Part shown: positions 28,355-37,785 of the stretch, one piece after another
Numbering within the stretch: position 1 is the stretch's first letter
Layout of the letters: every line of letters begins with the position of its first letter
Assembly: GCA_040384485.1 (NCBI GenBank)
Contig: JAZKJH010000005.1
Coordinates: 3,375-67,374 of the forward strand
Origin: Patescibacteria group bacterium
GTDB lineage: Bacteria; Patescibacteriota; Minisyncoccia; Phycocordibacterales; DATDWN01
DNA length: 64,000 bases
Direction of reading: 5' to 3'
Notes under the pieces: model-generated
The model's input: the letters and a program-made list of their open reading frames with translations, nothing else
The model's database searches: none
Told to the model about the DNA's origin: nothing
Made by a program: the position numbers and the translations under genes

Positions 28355-30088
28355 TTACTTCATACGGAGACTCCAAACGTCTCCGTTTTGTATGTACACA
28401 ACCATATCACCCAAGTTGAAAAGAACCATATCAGTGCTAATATTCTTGTCACTGAGATGCTTTCCAGTTCCGTTTGTTGGAACTGTAATAAACAGCTCGC
28501 TGTCAGTTTCAATCGTTGCACATACTCCCTTTGGCAGGATGGCGACGTTTAACTCGGCAGTGTCTGTAATTTTCTCTGACAGTTTGTATGTTTTATAACT
28601 ACTGTCAAAAGAGAGCTCAACTTTTCTGTATGAACCATCTTTTGCAACACACGAAAGAACAATAAACCGGTGACCGGACTTGGCGTTCACCACCTTCAAA
28701 TTATCCAGTTCCGGCACACGGACATGGGCACATGTTCCTTCTCCGAAGGGAGATATAACATACGTTGCTCCCATCATATCCTGCACACCAACACCGTTCC
28801 ACCATTTGGTAGAGTTCACCACCACACCCCAGGTATTTCCCGCGGAAAGTAGGGGTTTTGCAAACATGTTTACAGTAACTTCAGTCAACCCGTTTTCGGT
28901 TACTGCAAACATACGGTTTTGGTAACTTAGAAATCGTGTCAGTGAGTACGGAAAAGAGAGTTCGAACTTTTCAAAACTCGTCTCTTGTATATACTCAAAC
29001 ACAACTACCTTGTTACGATAGTCCGCGACCAGGTATCCACCAGTGACTTTTACCACTTCTGCTTCTACAGAAGTCACCTGTCCGATTTTCCTGTTTTTGA
29101 AAATCTCCACAAGTAATCCCGATGAAAGCAGTGCTACGCCACAACTAAAAACTTTGACCACAGGATCATTAGCTACAGTCAAAAGTTTTTGGAAAACAAG
29201 TAAGTCTCCCACGCCCACAGTTACTGTTTTTAAAACTTTCGCTGTTTTTGGGGAAACGGTATTGTTATCCAAAGGAGAAGGAGCTTTGACTCGTTCCCCT
29301 TTTTGAAATGTAGACTCATACCAAGATAGCAAGTTTTTCGGTATGACAGAAAAGTCTCTCACTGCCCTGTTCAACCGAATACCTTTTGAAAAAACAGATG
29401 CATTCGCTTTCATTCTCCCTGTGAGATCTCCCATCTTAAAACCATCCAGAGTTCCCTTGTACGGGTGGATCCCTGTATAGATCTGGAAGGTAATAATCCC
29501 CCAAGAAAACCAATCTGTACTCTGGCTGAAACCCTTACTGTGCCAATCCCTAATTGAAGGCATGATCACAGTAGGTTTCCATTTTCCTATTGCCCACGAG
29601 TCGACATCAAAAACCCTTGGTTCAGGACTTTTGCTTTTCTTATGAACAACGTTCCAATTCAACTCGTTTGGATCAACCAGAGTTGCGCCGTGCGCATGTC
29701 CAAACTCAAACACTTCCCGCATCCTATGCACAAGTACCGACGCATCTTTATCTCCAAAGCCGTACTTAAGATAAAAATCATTAGTAAAAACTTGAGACAA
29801 GGGGTGTCCGTCTGCTTTCTCCATGTAGAACCCGAGAAATTGCCCCTTACTTCCAAAGACCAAATTTTTCGGAGCAACTATGTACGGATGCTGCAGTCCA
29901 CTAAGTAACTTGATTTTATCCTGTAAACCACTTCCCAAAACTTTTTGTGGGTCGTGGTATAGCTTTATGACAGTGTCAGAAAGTCCGTAAACTGAACCTT
30001 CACCGCCACTCGCTATGTGGTCGTTGGGTCGGAGAATAACACTTCCCCGCCCAACCAACTCAATCTCTGTGTTGGTTTTGATTTGCAT
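28355..30088 (-). CDS. Ser/Thr protein kinase (TerY-P type) with unassigned beta-rich C-terminal half
   Basis: ASGGEGSVY, VIKLY, LVDPNELN, FDVDSW, DWFSWGII.FQI.TGIHPYKG. Confidence 0.82.
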   Translation of the reverse strand: MQIKTNTEIELVGRGSVILRPNDHIASGGEGSVYGLSDTVIKLYHDPQKVLGSGLQDKIKLLSGLQHPYIVAPKNLVFGSKGQFLGFYMEKADGHPLSQVFTNDFYLKYGFGDKDASVLVHRMREVFEFGHAHGATLVDPNELNWNVVHKKSKSPEPRVFDVDSWAIGKWKPTVIMPSIRDWHSKGFSQSTDWFSWGIITFQIYTGIHPYKGTLDGFKMGDLTGRMKANASVFSKGIRLNRAVRDFSVIPKNLLSWYESTFQKGERVKAPSPLDNNTVSPKTAKVLKTVTVGVGDLLVFQKLLTVANDPVVKVFSCGVALLSSGLLVEIFKNRKIGQVTSVEAEVVKVTGGYLVADYRNKVVVFEYIQETSFEKFELSFPYSLTRFLSYQNRMFAVTENGLTEVTVNMFAKPLLSAGNTWGVVVNSTKWWNGVGVQDMMGATYVISPFGEGTCAHVRVPELDNLKVVNAKSGHRFIVLSCVAKDGSYRKVELSFDSSYKTYKLSEKITDTAELNVAILPKGVCATIETDSELFITVPTNGTGKHLSDKNISTDMVLFNLGDMVVYIQNGDVWSLRMK

Positions 30089-30940
30089 TTAGTTACCCTC
30101 TCTGTCGATTCTTACAACTGCATAAGAAATATCATCAACCGGACCATGTCCAACTTTTTGATAATCCTTGATGCCTCGGATCATGCGCCGTTTAGCAAAC
30201 TCACCGCTCAGACTTTTAAAATCCAAAAAGTTTAGAGTTGCGCTTTTCCAGTCCACGGAATCCACTTGTGTGACCCCGTCAGAAAACAATGCAACAAACT
30301 CCAAATCATTCTGAATTTCTTCTGTGCTGATAAAAACACTAAACCCACCAATCGCATCGGCAAAAGGAATGCTCGTCTCCTTTTCACTGACACAGACACT
30401 ATCACGATACTCGACTTCTATAAGTCGAAGTTTTGCATTCTCCAAAACACCACCGTGAATATTCTGTACATACAAATCTGAATCAGATTCGGTATACGCA
30501 GGATAATATGGAGCGTTATTGGCCCAATCAAACCTTTTTAAAGAGATCCTGCCGTCTGTGTACTTCAATGCAATCACACCATCACCTAAAATTCTGATGA
30601 TTCCCTGATCCTGCGACAGAAAAGAATACATACACGTTGCAAGTAAATCCGATCGGTCTAGGCCAAGACTTTTTTTTACTTCCTCTACTTTTTGTTTTGC
30701 TTGTGTCTCTACTTCAAAAACAGAAAAATCTGCCTTTGTGCCAACACCTAATACATTTGCTATAGACAATGCGTACAAACGAGCACCAATGTCTGTATGT
30801 CCACCAGTGGAACAACCATCCGAAACTACTGCATACCCCGAAGAGTCAGAACTCTTGGAGAGTGCATAATCCTGGCATGGCTTACCCGAGTTCAAGTGGC
30901 TATAACCAATGTAAAAGTAATGATCAGTATAAAACTTCAT
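30089..30940 (-). CDS. PP2C-family phosphatase
   Basis: G.SH...GKPCQDY, AVVSDGCS, LGDG, FSDGV, DDISY. Start set at ATG 30940 after an AGGAGAGG SD. Confidence 0.88.
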   Translation of the reverse strand: MKFYTDHYFYIGYSHLNSGKPCQDYALSKSSDSSGYAVVSDGCSTGGHTDIGARLYALSIANVLGVGTKADFSVFEVETQAKQKVEEVKKSLGLDRSDLLATCMYSFLSQDQGIIRILGDGVIALKYTDGRISLKRFDWANNAPYYPAYTESDSDLYVQNIHGGVLENAKLRLIEVEYRDSVCVSEKETSIPFADAIGGFSVFISTEEIQNDLEFVALFSDGVTQVDSVDWKSATLNFLDFKSLSGEFAKRRMIRGIKDYQKVGHGPVDDISYAVVRIDREGN

Positions 30941-30954
30941 AACCTCTCCTTCCA

Positions 30955-30989
30955 ATAAAAAAGGAGGAACGGTAGAGACCGTTCCTCCT
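30955..30989 (-). terminator. Intra-operon intrinsic terminator between vWA and PP2C genes
   Basis: Minus strand AGGAGGAACGGT-CTCT-ACCGTTCCTCCT followed by TTTTTATT. Confidence 0.7.
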
Positions 30990-31003
30990 GTGAACGACCT
31001 CGA

Positions 31004-31762
31004 TTAGATCGTGGCCGCGATATTCTGACTCGGTCCGCCAGTGCCCAGAGACTGGGACTGCGACGAGACAGACTGTGATACAAAGTTTGCGAGTTTGGCA
31101 AGTTTGCCTTTGGTCGCATCCCCAGCATCAATGTACTGATCCAATCCAGCATCCGACTGGAAGGCCGTAAGAATTGAAGCGTAGGAACCAGCATTGATAC
31201 CAACAAGAACGGTCACGAGTGACTCGATCTCTTCGGCTCTGGTTCCACGTCTCAACTCCTCTTTGATGGATAAGGATGTAGCTTTGGATTTGTTATCGTC
31301 CCCGTCAGTGATGACAAAAACGATACCATTTGCCAAAAAGTCCTGATCCATGAGTTTCTTTGCGTACGAGTTGGTAGCCCCAACCGCCGAAAAGACTGCA
31401 TCACACAATGGTGTCTCGCCTGATGGACGAAAGTCTGGATACAAAGTTGTATCAACTTCCGACAAAGGTTTGAAGCCATGAATCTCCTCAACACCACCAT
31501 GAAGTGAAGTTGAGAACATGATGACACGCAACAATAAGTTGTTGGCTCGTGGAGACTTTTTGCAAGCCTCCACGGCAACAATCAAAGCGTCGCGCAGTTC
31601 TTTGGCGAATCCCCAGGTTGAACCAGACACATCAACTGCAATCGTTGCAAGTGTGTACTCGGTTGCCCCGAGGTGTTCGATTCGCTTACCGGAAAACTGG
31701 AAGGCTTGTAACCCTCCAATTTTTCCGGTTTCCATTGTTGGGTCGTTCAAGATTTTTGGCAT
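31004..31762 (-). CDS. vWA domain protein (TerY-like)
   Basis: MIDAS DVSGS, GETPL.DA, VFVITDG; AAGGAG SD. Confidence 0.85.
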   Translation of the reverse strand: MPKILNDPTMETGKIGGLQAFQFSGKRIEHLGATEYTLATIAVDVSGSTWGFAKELRDALIVAVEACKKSPRANNLLLRVIMFSTSLHGGVEEIHGFKPLSEVDTTLYPDFRPSGETPLCDAVFSAVGATNSYAKKLMDQDFLANGIVFVITDGDDNKSKATSLSIKEELRRGTRAEEIESLVTVLVGINAGSYASILTAFQSDAGLDQYIDAGDATKGKLAKLANFVSQSVSSQSQSLGTGGPSQNIAATI

Positions 31763-31772
31763 TGTTTTCTCC

Positions 31773-32603
31773 TTATGCCAAGAAATCAGTAGTGGTGGTG
31801 ATCTTCATTCCTAAACGTTGCATATCCTTGAGCCATGCTTCCGCAATAGCTGGGAAATCAACAATGTTCGGGATTGCTGGAACAGGACTCATACCGTCAC
31901 GGAGCAAGTGAAACTTCTTCACCTGATCCGCTCCGATATTGTCGGCGATCTGCTGAACTGTGTTCAACACGCAGTGGCTCGATGCCTCCCCTGCGACCGC
32001 GACGATGTCCGCATCTGCAATGGTCTGCAAGAATGCAGTATTGAGACCGGTCGAAGGGTCCGACGGATCTGGCACTTCTGCCAGAAGGGCGCCGTAGTGT
32101 TCAGTCCAAGGATTTGAACCCTTTGTGACATAATCCACCATGGCGAACTGTTTCTCCGACCACCGTTGCAATGCGTCGTTCAGTACTGGATGGACATTGT
32201 GTCCAGCCGTACCAATGAGGCAATGCGGGGGCCAGATGGTAAGCGTAAATTTCTTCTGCGCTTCCAGTTCCTTGGTATACGCAAGTGAACGAGCTCGAAA
32301 GCTCGGATTGCGAGGGGTCCAGATTCCAGCTTCGATATCACTTGAACTGATCTGAGTAAATGGTGGAGGATTTTCACCCTTTCCATTCACCCACCAAGCA
32401 GGATGAGCGATATCGATCAGCCGATGACTATCCAATGTGACATGGATGTCATCCAGTTTGTGTCCGATACGATCAACGAGTTTTGCAACCCGCTTCATAT
32501 CAGCATCGGCCCCAGGAACCGGCAGTGCCGATCCCGGGAGATCGCAGAAATCAATCTGCGGATCGATGATCAAAAGATGCACTTTCAAACTAGACTTTCT
32601 CAC
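31773..32603 (-). CDS. pncA: Nicotinamidase-like cysteine hydrolase (isochorismatase family)
   Basis: IDPQIDF, LDSH, WPPHC, KG, ASSHCV. GTG start at 32603 after AAGGAG removes the overlap with pncB. Confidence 0.8.
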   Translation of the reverse strand: MRKSSLKVHLLIIDPQIDFCDLPGSALPVPGADADMKRVAKLVDRIGHKLDDIHVTLDSHRLIDIAHPAWWVNGKGENPPPFTQISSSDIEAGIWTPRNPSFRARSLAYTKELEAQKKFTLTIWPPHCLIGTAGHNVHPVLNDALQRWSEKQFAMVDYVTKGSNPWTEHYGALLAEVPDPSDPSTGLNTAFLQTIADADIVAVAGEASSHCVLNTVQQIADNIGADQVKKFHLLRDGMSPVPAIPNIVDFPAIAEAWLKDMQRLGMKITTTTDFLA

Positions 32604-32634
32604 GACTATCTCCTTTATTTGTCTTGCGTTTATT

Positions 32635-33879
32635 TTACGAATGACATACTTCTTGGAAGGTATTGGTATACCCAACAAGTCTTTTTGCACGTTCGACTGC
32701 TTCAGCATCACCCGTAGCTTTTTCGATGTTATCCGAAAGCTTGACTACGTAGTAACCGTTGGCTTTGGTCGGTTTAACCACAATAGAAATGGACTTAAAG
32801 CCCAAGTTATTACTGGCGTTTGTGCCCCAACCAAATGTCGTGAGCATCCTTTGGTCAACCTTTGTATAGATCTCAATCATTCTGTCTGCATTGAGACCGT
32901 CTGCAAAGATAACCAGTTTCGTACGAGGATCAACTCCGATGAGTCGATACTCGTTGATACGTGCCTCCGCGTATTCTTCGGGAACCCCCGAGTCCTGACG
33001 CGAACCTTTCCATCGACGCAGCATATCTGCATCGACACAATTTTTGAAGAACCAATCACTACCGTAAGTATCAGGCAGAAAGATTGATAACCCCTGGCCG
33101 TATTCATTGTCCCAATCTGCAAGCATTCGCTTCTGCGAATACGCTGGGTCAACATCATCACTGTCTCGAAAAATCCCACTGTATACCATTGGCAGTTCGT
33201 GTGCGTTGGTACCTACTGGCATCAACCCGTACTTCTGCGCAAGATATGTATTGGAAGTTCCTTTGAAAGTTTCAGGGCACTCTTCCTTCATGACACTAAC
33301 AACGTAGTCCTGCCAGTTACGGCTAAACCGTCGTCGAGTACCAAATTCGGAGAATGTGATCCCTGGGTACTTCGCAAGCTTGTCGAGACTCTCACCCAAA
33401 CGAAGCCTGCCGTTTGCCTCCACTTTGTCGCGCTCAAAAGAAGAATAACCTCTCATGAGCTGGCGATTGTAGAGCTCGTTAACAACAGACATTCCAAAGT
33501 TTTCCCAGTAAGTTGCTTTCGCCCACTCACCAGCAAATCCAAGTTCAATCTGTCCATCCCGTTCTTCCAAATGGAATTCGGGAAGCTGTAGAGTCTGAAG
33601 AAAGTCGATGTAATCAAACTTAAACATCGGACTTCCGTACTCGTATGTGCCCATGATGTAGTGAAGCTCTTGAGGCGTAAAACGCAATGTGCGGATATGC
33701 TCCAATTCTTCACGAAGTTGACCGAGGTCAACTTTCTTACCAAGTAACACAGACTTGCTTCTGTTGATGAATGAGAACTCCACAGGAACCTTTGGATGCC
33801 GATGAAAAATCATCTGCCCCATTGTAAACTTGTAGAAATCTTGATCCATCAAAGAATGAATGACTGGTGCGTCCTTCAT
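32635..33879 (-). CDS. pncB: Nicotinate phosphoribosyltransferase
   Basis: DQDFYKFTMGQ, EFGTRRRFS, GTSN, GTNAHE, RQDSG, FADGL, FGWGT, KLSDN..K. Confidence 0.95.
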   Translation of the reverse strand: MKDAPVIHSLMDQDFYKFTMGQMIFHRHPKVPVEFSFINRSKSVLLGKKVDLGQLREELEHIRTLRFTPQELHYIMGTYEYGSPMFKFDYIDFLQTLQLPEFHLEERDGQIELGFAGEWAKATYWENFGMSVVNELYNRQLMRGYSSFERDKVEANGRLRLGESLDKLAKYPGITFSEFGTRRRFSRNWQDYVVSVMKEECPETFKGTSNTYLAQKYGLMPVGTNAHELPMVYSGIFRDSDDVDPAYSQKRMLADWDNEYGQGLSIFLPDTYGSDWFFKNCVDADMLRRWKGSRQDSGVPEEYAEARINEYRLIGVDPRTKLVIFADGLNADRMIEIYTKVDQRMLTTFGWGTNASNNLGFKSISIVVKPTKANGYYVVKLSDNIEKATGDAEAVERAKRLVGYTNTFQEVCHS

Positions 33880-33920
33880 AACTCTCCTTTTGGGCCTTAG
33901 CCCTAAAATCCATATGTTGT

Positions 33921-33931
33921 TGTCAAAGGTC
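33921..33931 (-). promoter_or_regulatory. boxA-like element in pncB leader
   Basis: GACCTTTGACA, 19 nt after the -10 box. Confidence 0.4.
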
Positions 33932-33950
33932 TATATAATGTTCTAAGTAC

Positions 33951-33989
33951 ACTATATACCTGTGTGTATTAAGTGTCAAGTTTACACTA
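33951..33989 (-). promoter_or_regulatory. pncB promoter with putative NrtR operator over the -35
   Basis: TTGACA(33979-74)-17-TATAGT(33956-51). Palindrome AAGTGT-CAAGTTT-ACACTA at 33971-89, in the same register as at nadM. Confidence 0.8.
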
Positions 33990-34083
33990 AATTAGACAAT
34001 TAAATAGTAAATAAGTCAAATAAAACCGTTTTTCACGGCTTGAAGTGTTTACTTATGAAAAGCGGTAATGCATCGGTGAAGAA

Positions 34084-35742
34084 TTAGATTTTTTCACCAA
34101 TCAAAACCATATTTGTTTCTGGATAAGGTATTGAAGTTAATGTACTCCCCTCTTTGTTATAAAGTGCAACTTTGTTATTAAAACGGTTCTCAACTATCCA
34201 CGGTATTGCAAACGCTCGAGAAGATTTCTCCATTTCATTTGGGTTTTCAATTATCCTAAATCCAGCATTTTTTAAAGCATTCTTCCATTCATTGAAACTC
34301 CAAAAAGCAAACTCTTCATTCAATTCACTGTTCCAATTATCTGTATAATCCTTTTTGGTCATAAACTCCATAGCGTCTTTTAGTTTCAAAACTATGTATG
34401 TTTTGTTGTCCAGAATTTCTTCAGTATATTTTATTTTTGTGTCCTCTCCTCTTTTACCATTCTCTCTCATACCTCTTAGGTAGTCTTCTGCGAACCTAAC
34501 AAATCTAGCATGAGTAGAAAGCCCATTTAAATGTTCTTGTAAACTATCTTGTGAATCACAAACTTTCAAAATATCTTCGTTTGAACCGTCACTGCTATTA
34601 AGTTCCATATAGACTATTGAATCTTTGTTTTCAGGTCCCACCACATCACGTATAACCAACCTGCCTCCTTTGTTTAGTTGTTTTTGTTTAAGGTCGATGT
34701 AGTTCAAAAGTGATTCTTCTCTATCCCCATATGACCATATCTCGTGAGTTGTAGAGTTGCAAATAGTAGTATCGATAGACGAATCTTCAAATATTTTTTC
34801 CATCAAATTTCTCTGATGAAAATAAACGAAAGTGCCTCCAAATTCTCCGGCACGCTGTCTCTCAAGACACCGAGCAGTGAACTCACTTGTTATTTCTATT
34901 CCTATTATATCTGAGTCAGTAAAGTCTTTTGCAAGGAGAGTCATCAAAGCTCCGTCTGCACAACCTTCGTCAACTATTTTACCAGGTACAAGAGATTCTT
35001 TTATGTCTTTATATTTTGAAAGTAAAAGATTGGTATGACCCATCCCAATTGCGTATGTAGAGTAATTTCTAGTTTCAGTAAGACTTCCACTTTCAGTAAG
35101 TAACGGGTCTCTCCAAAGTCGTACTATCTTTGCAGTAATTTCAGGAAAATCCTTCCAGAGCTGTATGGTTGATCTTGAAACACCATCAACCAATCCTTGA
35201 TTGTCACTCCAGCTATTTCCTACTTCCACCAATTTTTTTATGTATTCGATAGGTGTATCTGACTTTAACAACTTATTTGCAACATCGTATTCAGCTGGTA
35301 AGACTGCAAAACCAAGTTTATTATACATATCGATCATAGTTGGGGTAGAACTAAGAACAACTGTATTTTTGTTTGTTAATTTGATATTACTTTCAGTCCT
35401 TTCACTTACTTCTTTTAAAATATAGTCAGCAAAGTGTTCGTTTGGATTAAAATGAGGAATAGCCACAATATCACATTGCACACCCAAAGATTCCCTATAC
35501 TCTTTTGAAAACCTATCTAGACCTAGTGCCCTCATATAAAATGGAACTGGATTGTAACGAGAATTTTCCTGGTTAGCCGAAGTCACTGCAAAGATTATAT
35601 GAGTGATTTTGTCATTTGAGTCTCCCTTATAATCTCCTACCAAATCAAGTTTACTAACTGGTAAACGCAAAATATCCCACAAATAGTTCTGTTGAAAAGC
35701 TGTGGTTAAAAGATGTCTTCCTGGAAATAACAAATACGCCAT
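34084..35742 (-). CDS. Fusion of a degenerate NadM-like nucleotidyltransferase domain and a class I SAM methyltransferase
   Basis: N-term FPGRH...IIFAVTSANQENSRYNP....R; C-term IVDEGCADG, GIEI, S.THEIWSY, GGRLVIRD. Confidence 0.7.
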   Translation of the reverse strand: MAYLLFPGRHLLTTAFQQNYLWDILRLPVSKLDLVGDYKGDSNDKITHIIFAVTSANQENSRYNPVPFYMRALGLDRFSKEYRESLGVQCDIVAIPHFNPNEHFADYILKEVSERTESNIKLTNKNTVVLSSTPTMIDMYNKLGFAVLPAEYDVANKLLKSDTPIEYIKKLVEVGNSWSDNQGLVDGVSRSTIQLWKDFPEITAKIVRLWRDPLLTESGSLTETRNYSTYAIGMGHTNLLLSKYKDIKESLVPGKIVDEGCADGALMTLLAKDFTDSDIIGIEITSEFTARCLERQRAGEFGGTFVYFHQRNLMEKIFEDSSIDTTICNSTTHEIWSYGDREESLLNYIDLKQKQLNKGGRLVIRDVVGPENKDSIVYMELNSSDGSNEDILKVCDSQDSLQEHLNGLSTHARFVRFAEDYLRGMRENGKRGEDTKIKYTEEILDNKTYIVLKLKDAMEFMTKKDYTDNWNSELNEEFAFWSFNEWKNALKNAGFRIIENPNEMEKSSRAFAIPWIVENRFNNKVALYNKEGSTLTSIPYPETNMVLIGEKI

Positions 35743-35808
35743 ACGGTTAATATTATCACATGAACTATAAAAGAAAATGCATGGGAATTTGTCCCATGCA
35801 TGTGTGTA

Positions 35809-36816
35809 TTAGAGTACCGATATTACTGCATCAGTAAATTCCATAGTTGAAACTGAATTGACTGGATTTACATCACCAGTGACTGAAGTACCCTGCTGCA
35901 ATACAGCATTCACTGCAGCACGGACTTTTACAGCGGGAGTAGAGTAACCCAGATGTTCCAGCATCATGGCAGCAGACAGAATTGCTGAGGTTGGGTTGGC
36001 AACACCTTTGCCTGCAATGTCGGGAGCAGTTCCATGAACTGCTTCGAAAATTACTTGGTTTGTACCAAAATTTCCACCTGGAGCGAACCCTAGTCCGCCC
36101 ACCATTTCAGCACATACGTCAGTGACCAAGTCTCCCACAAAGTTTGGCAAAAGAATGCAGTCAAACCTGTCTGGATGATTGATTAGTTTGCCTAAAAACG
36201 CGTCTGCGATAAGGTCGTGATGTTCAATCTCTGGGTATTCCTTTGCAACAGCCCGAGCGATATCCAGAAAAAGACCGTGAGTCATTTTCAAAATGTTCGC
36301 CTTGTGCACAGTAGTCACTTTCTTGCGATTGTTTTTTCTCGCGTATTCAAATGCATATCGTGCAATACGCTTTGTGCCATGAACTGTGATTCTTGAGATT
36401 GCCTCTGCATCCGTGCCGACCATCCTTTCTTCTCCACAATACAGGTCCTCCAGGTTTTCACGGAAGCACACAATATCAATGTGAGTGTCGGACCATCGTG
36501 TCTTCAGCCCTGCCATACTCTCTACAGGACGCACGTTAGCATAGAGTTTGAACTCTTCTCGCAGGCGTACGTTGTAGCTCCTGTGACCACCTCCAACTGT
36601 CGTTCCAGTTGGACCTTTCAGTGCAACCTTGTTCCTCCGAATTGAATCGAGAGTTAGTTGCGGTAGTGGTACACCATATGCTTCAATTGCTGGTTGACCA
36701 ATCAAATGTGGTTCCCACACAATTGGTTCTCGTAGACCGAGCGCGTCTACAACCCTCATCGCTGCAGGAATAACTTCTAAGCCAATGCCCTCACCTGGTA
36801 ATACTGTCACCTTCAT
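35809..36816 (-). CDS. Isocitrate/isopropylmalate dehydrogenase family (NAD-IDH-like)
   Basis: PGEGIG.EV, LKGP, S.NV.LR, RENLEDLY, HKANILK, FEAVHGTAPDIAGKG.ANP. Confidence 0.9.
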   Translation of the reverse strand: MKVTVLPGEGIGLEVIPAAMRVVDALGLREPIVWEPHLIGQPAIEAYGVPLPQLTLDSIRRNKVALKGPTGTTVGGGHRSYNVRLREEFKLYANVRPVESMAGLKTRWSDTHIDIVCFRENLEDLYCGEERMVGTDAEAISRITVHGTKRIARYAFEYARKNNRKKVTTVHKANILKMTHGLFLDIARAVAKEYPEIEHHDLIADAFLGKLINHPDRFDCILLPNFVGDLVTDVCAEMVGGLGFAPGGNFGTNQVIFEAVHGTAPDIAGKGVANPTSAILSAAMMLEHLGYSTPAVKVRAAVNAVLQQGTSVTGDVNPVNSVSTMEFTDAVISVL

Positions 36817-36886
36817 GTCGCTTCTCCTTGTTGTGTTCTGGTGATACTATGACATAAAACTATAAAAAAGCAAATTAAAAACCACT

Positions 36887-37228
36887 TTATGAGTGGTTTG
36901 TTTTGAAAATAAGATCAGCTTTAGCTGCAACAATAAAATCATTGGGGGTAAGTCCCCTAGCTGCATGGGTCGTCAACGAAAGCTTCACGTATTTCCATTT
37001 GTAGATGGACATGTCTGGGTGATGACCTTCTGTCTCTGCAACCTCCGCTACAGCATTGAAAAATACTAGTGCCTCTTTGAAATTCTTGAAGGCAAAGCTT
37101 TTCTTAATCGACCTACCAACTTTCTTCCAGCCCAAAAGCTCTCCAAGATACTTTGCGGCCTCCGTGTTGCTCAAGGTGGGCATTCCTACTCGACAAACCT
37201 CGCACTTTTTTTGATGTAGTTTTTGCAT
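36887..37228 (-). CDS. Pterin-4-alpha-carbinolamine dehydratase
   Basis: C..C, F.FKNF, AE.EGHHPD, TH...GL..ND.I.AAK. Confidence 0.9.
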   Translation of the reverse strand: MQKLHQKKCEVCRVGMPTLSNTEAAKYLGELLGWKKVGRSIKKSFAFKNFKEALVFFNAVAEVAETEGHHPDMSIYKWKYVKLSLTTHAARGLTPNDFIVAAKADLIFKTNHS

Positions 37229-37295
37229 AGATTATTCCCTGATTAAAACTGTCCTTCCATAGCATATCGGTATCTAAATGAAAGTCAATAAATCC

Positions 37296-37631
37296 TTAAA
37301 GCACATTCAGATCCTCCAAAAGTTCTCTCTTAACTTCATCCGGAATAGCAGAATCTTTTTCTGGGTATTGAAATTTAAATTTATAGTGTTTTTCTTTCAA
37401 AATTTCCAACTTATTTAAAATCTCTGCAACTTTTTCTTTTCCCACCTCCTCTTCCAATTTGGAACTAACCGAGTAAGTTTCAATTATAAATATTCTACTA
37501 CCTAAACATGCCATCCAACTATTTTGAGTTCTAGCGAACTCAGATTCAATCGCCTCGGGAGAATTAGAGATTGTTTGTTGTAGTATCTCTAACCTACTCT
37601 CTTCTGGGGTCGTGATTTTTTCCATATCCAT
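37296..37631 (-). CDS. Hypothetical protein
   Basis: 111-aa acidic helical ORF. Confidence 0.55.
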   Translation of the reverse strand: MDMEKITTPEESRLEILQQTISNSPEAIESEFARTQNSWMACLGSRIFIIETYSVSSKLEEEVGKEKVAEILNKLEILKEKHYKFKFQYPEKDSAIPDEVKRELLEDLNVL

Positions 37632-37785
37632 AATTTATATAAATATATCACTGATAAAGTGAATTATACTTAAAAAAATAATATTTGGAAGTATGTTACA
37701 ACACATCACCCTTATTTTTGAAAAAAGTAAAAAACTGGACCAAATGATTATTTTCCAGTAATCTGCTAACTAGATAAGGAGTGAC

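Noticed and set aside
32437-33087. 216-aa antisense ORF and other long shadow ORFs over pncA/pncB
   Set aside because: They are antisense to well-supported genes in GC-richer DNA, where open shadow frames are expected.
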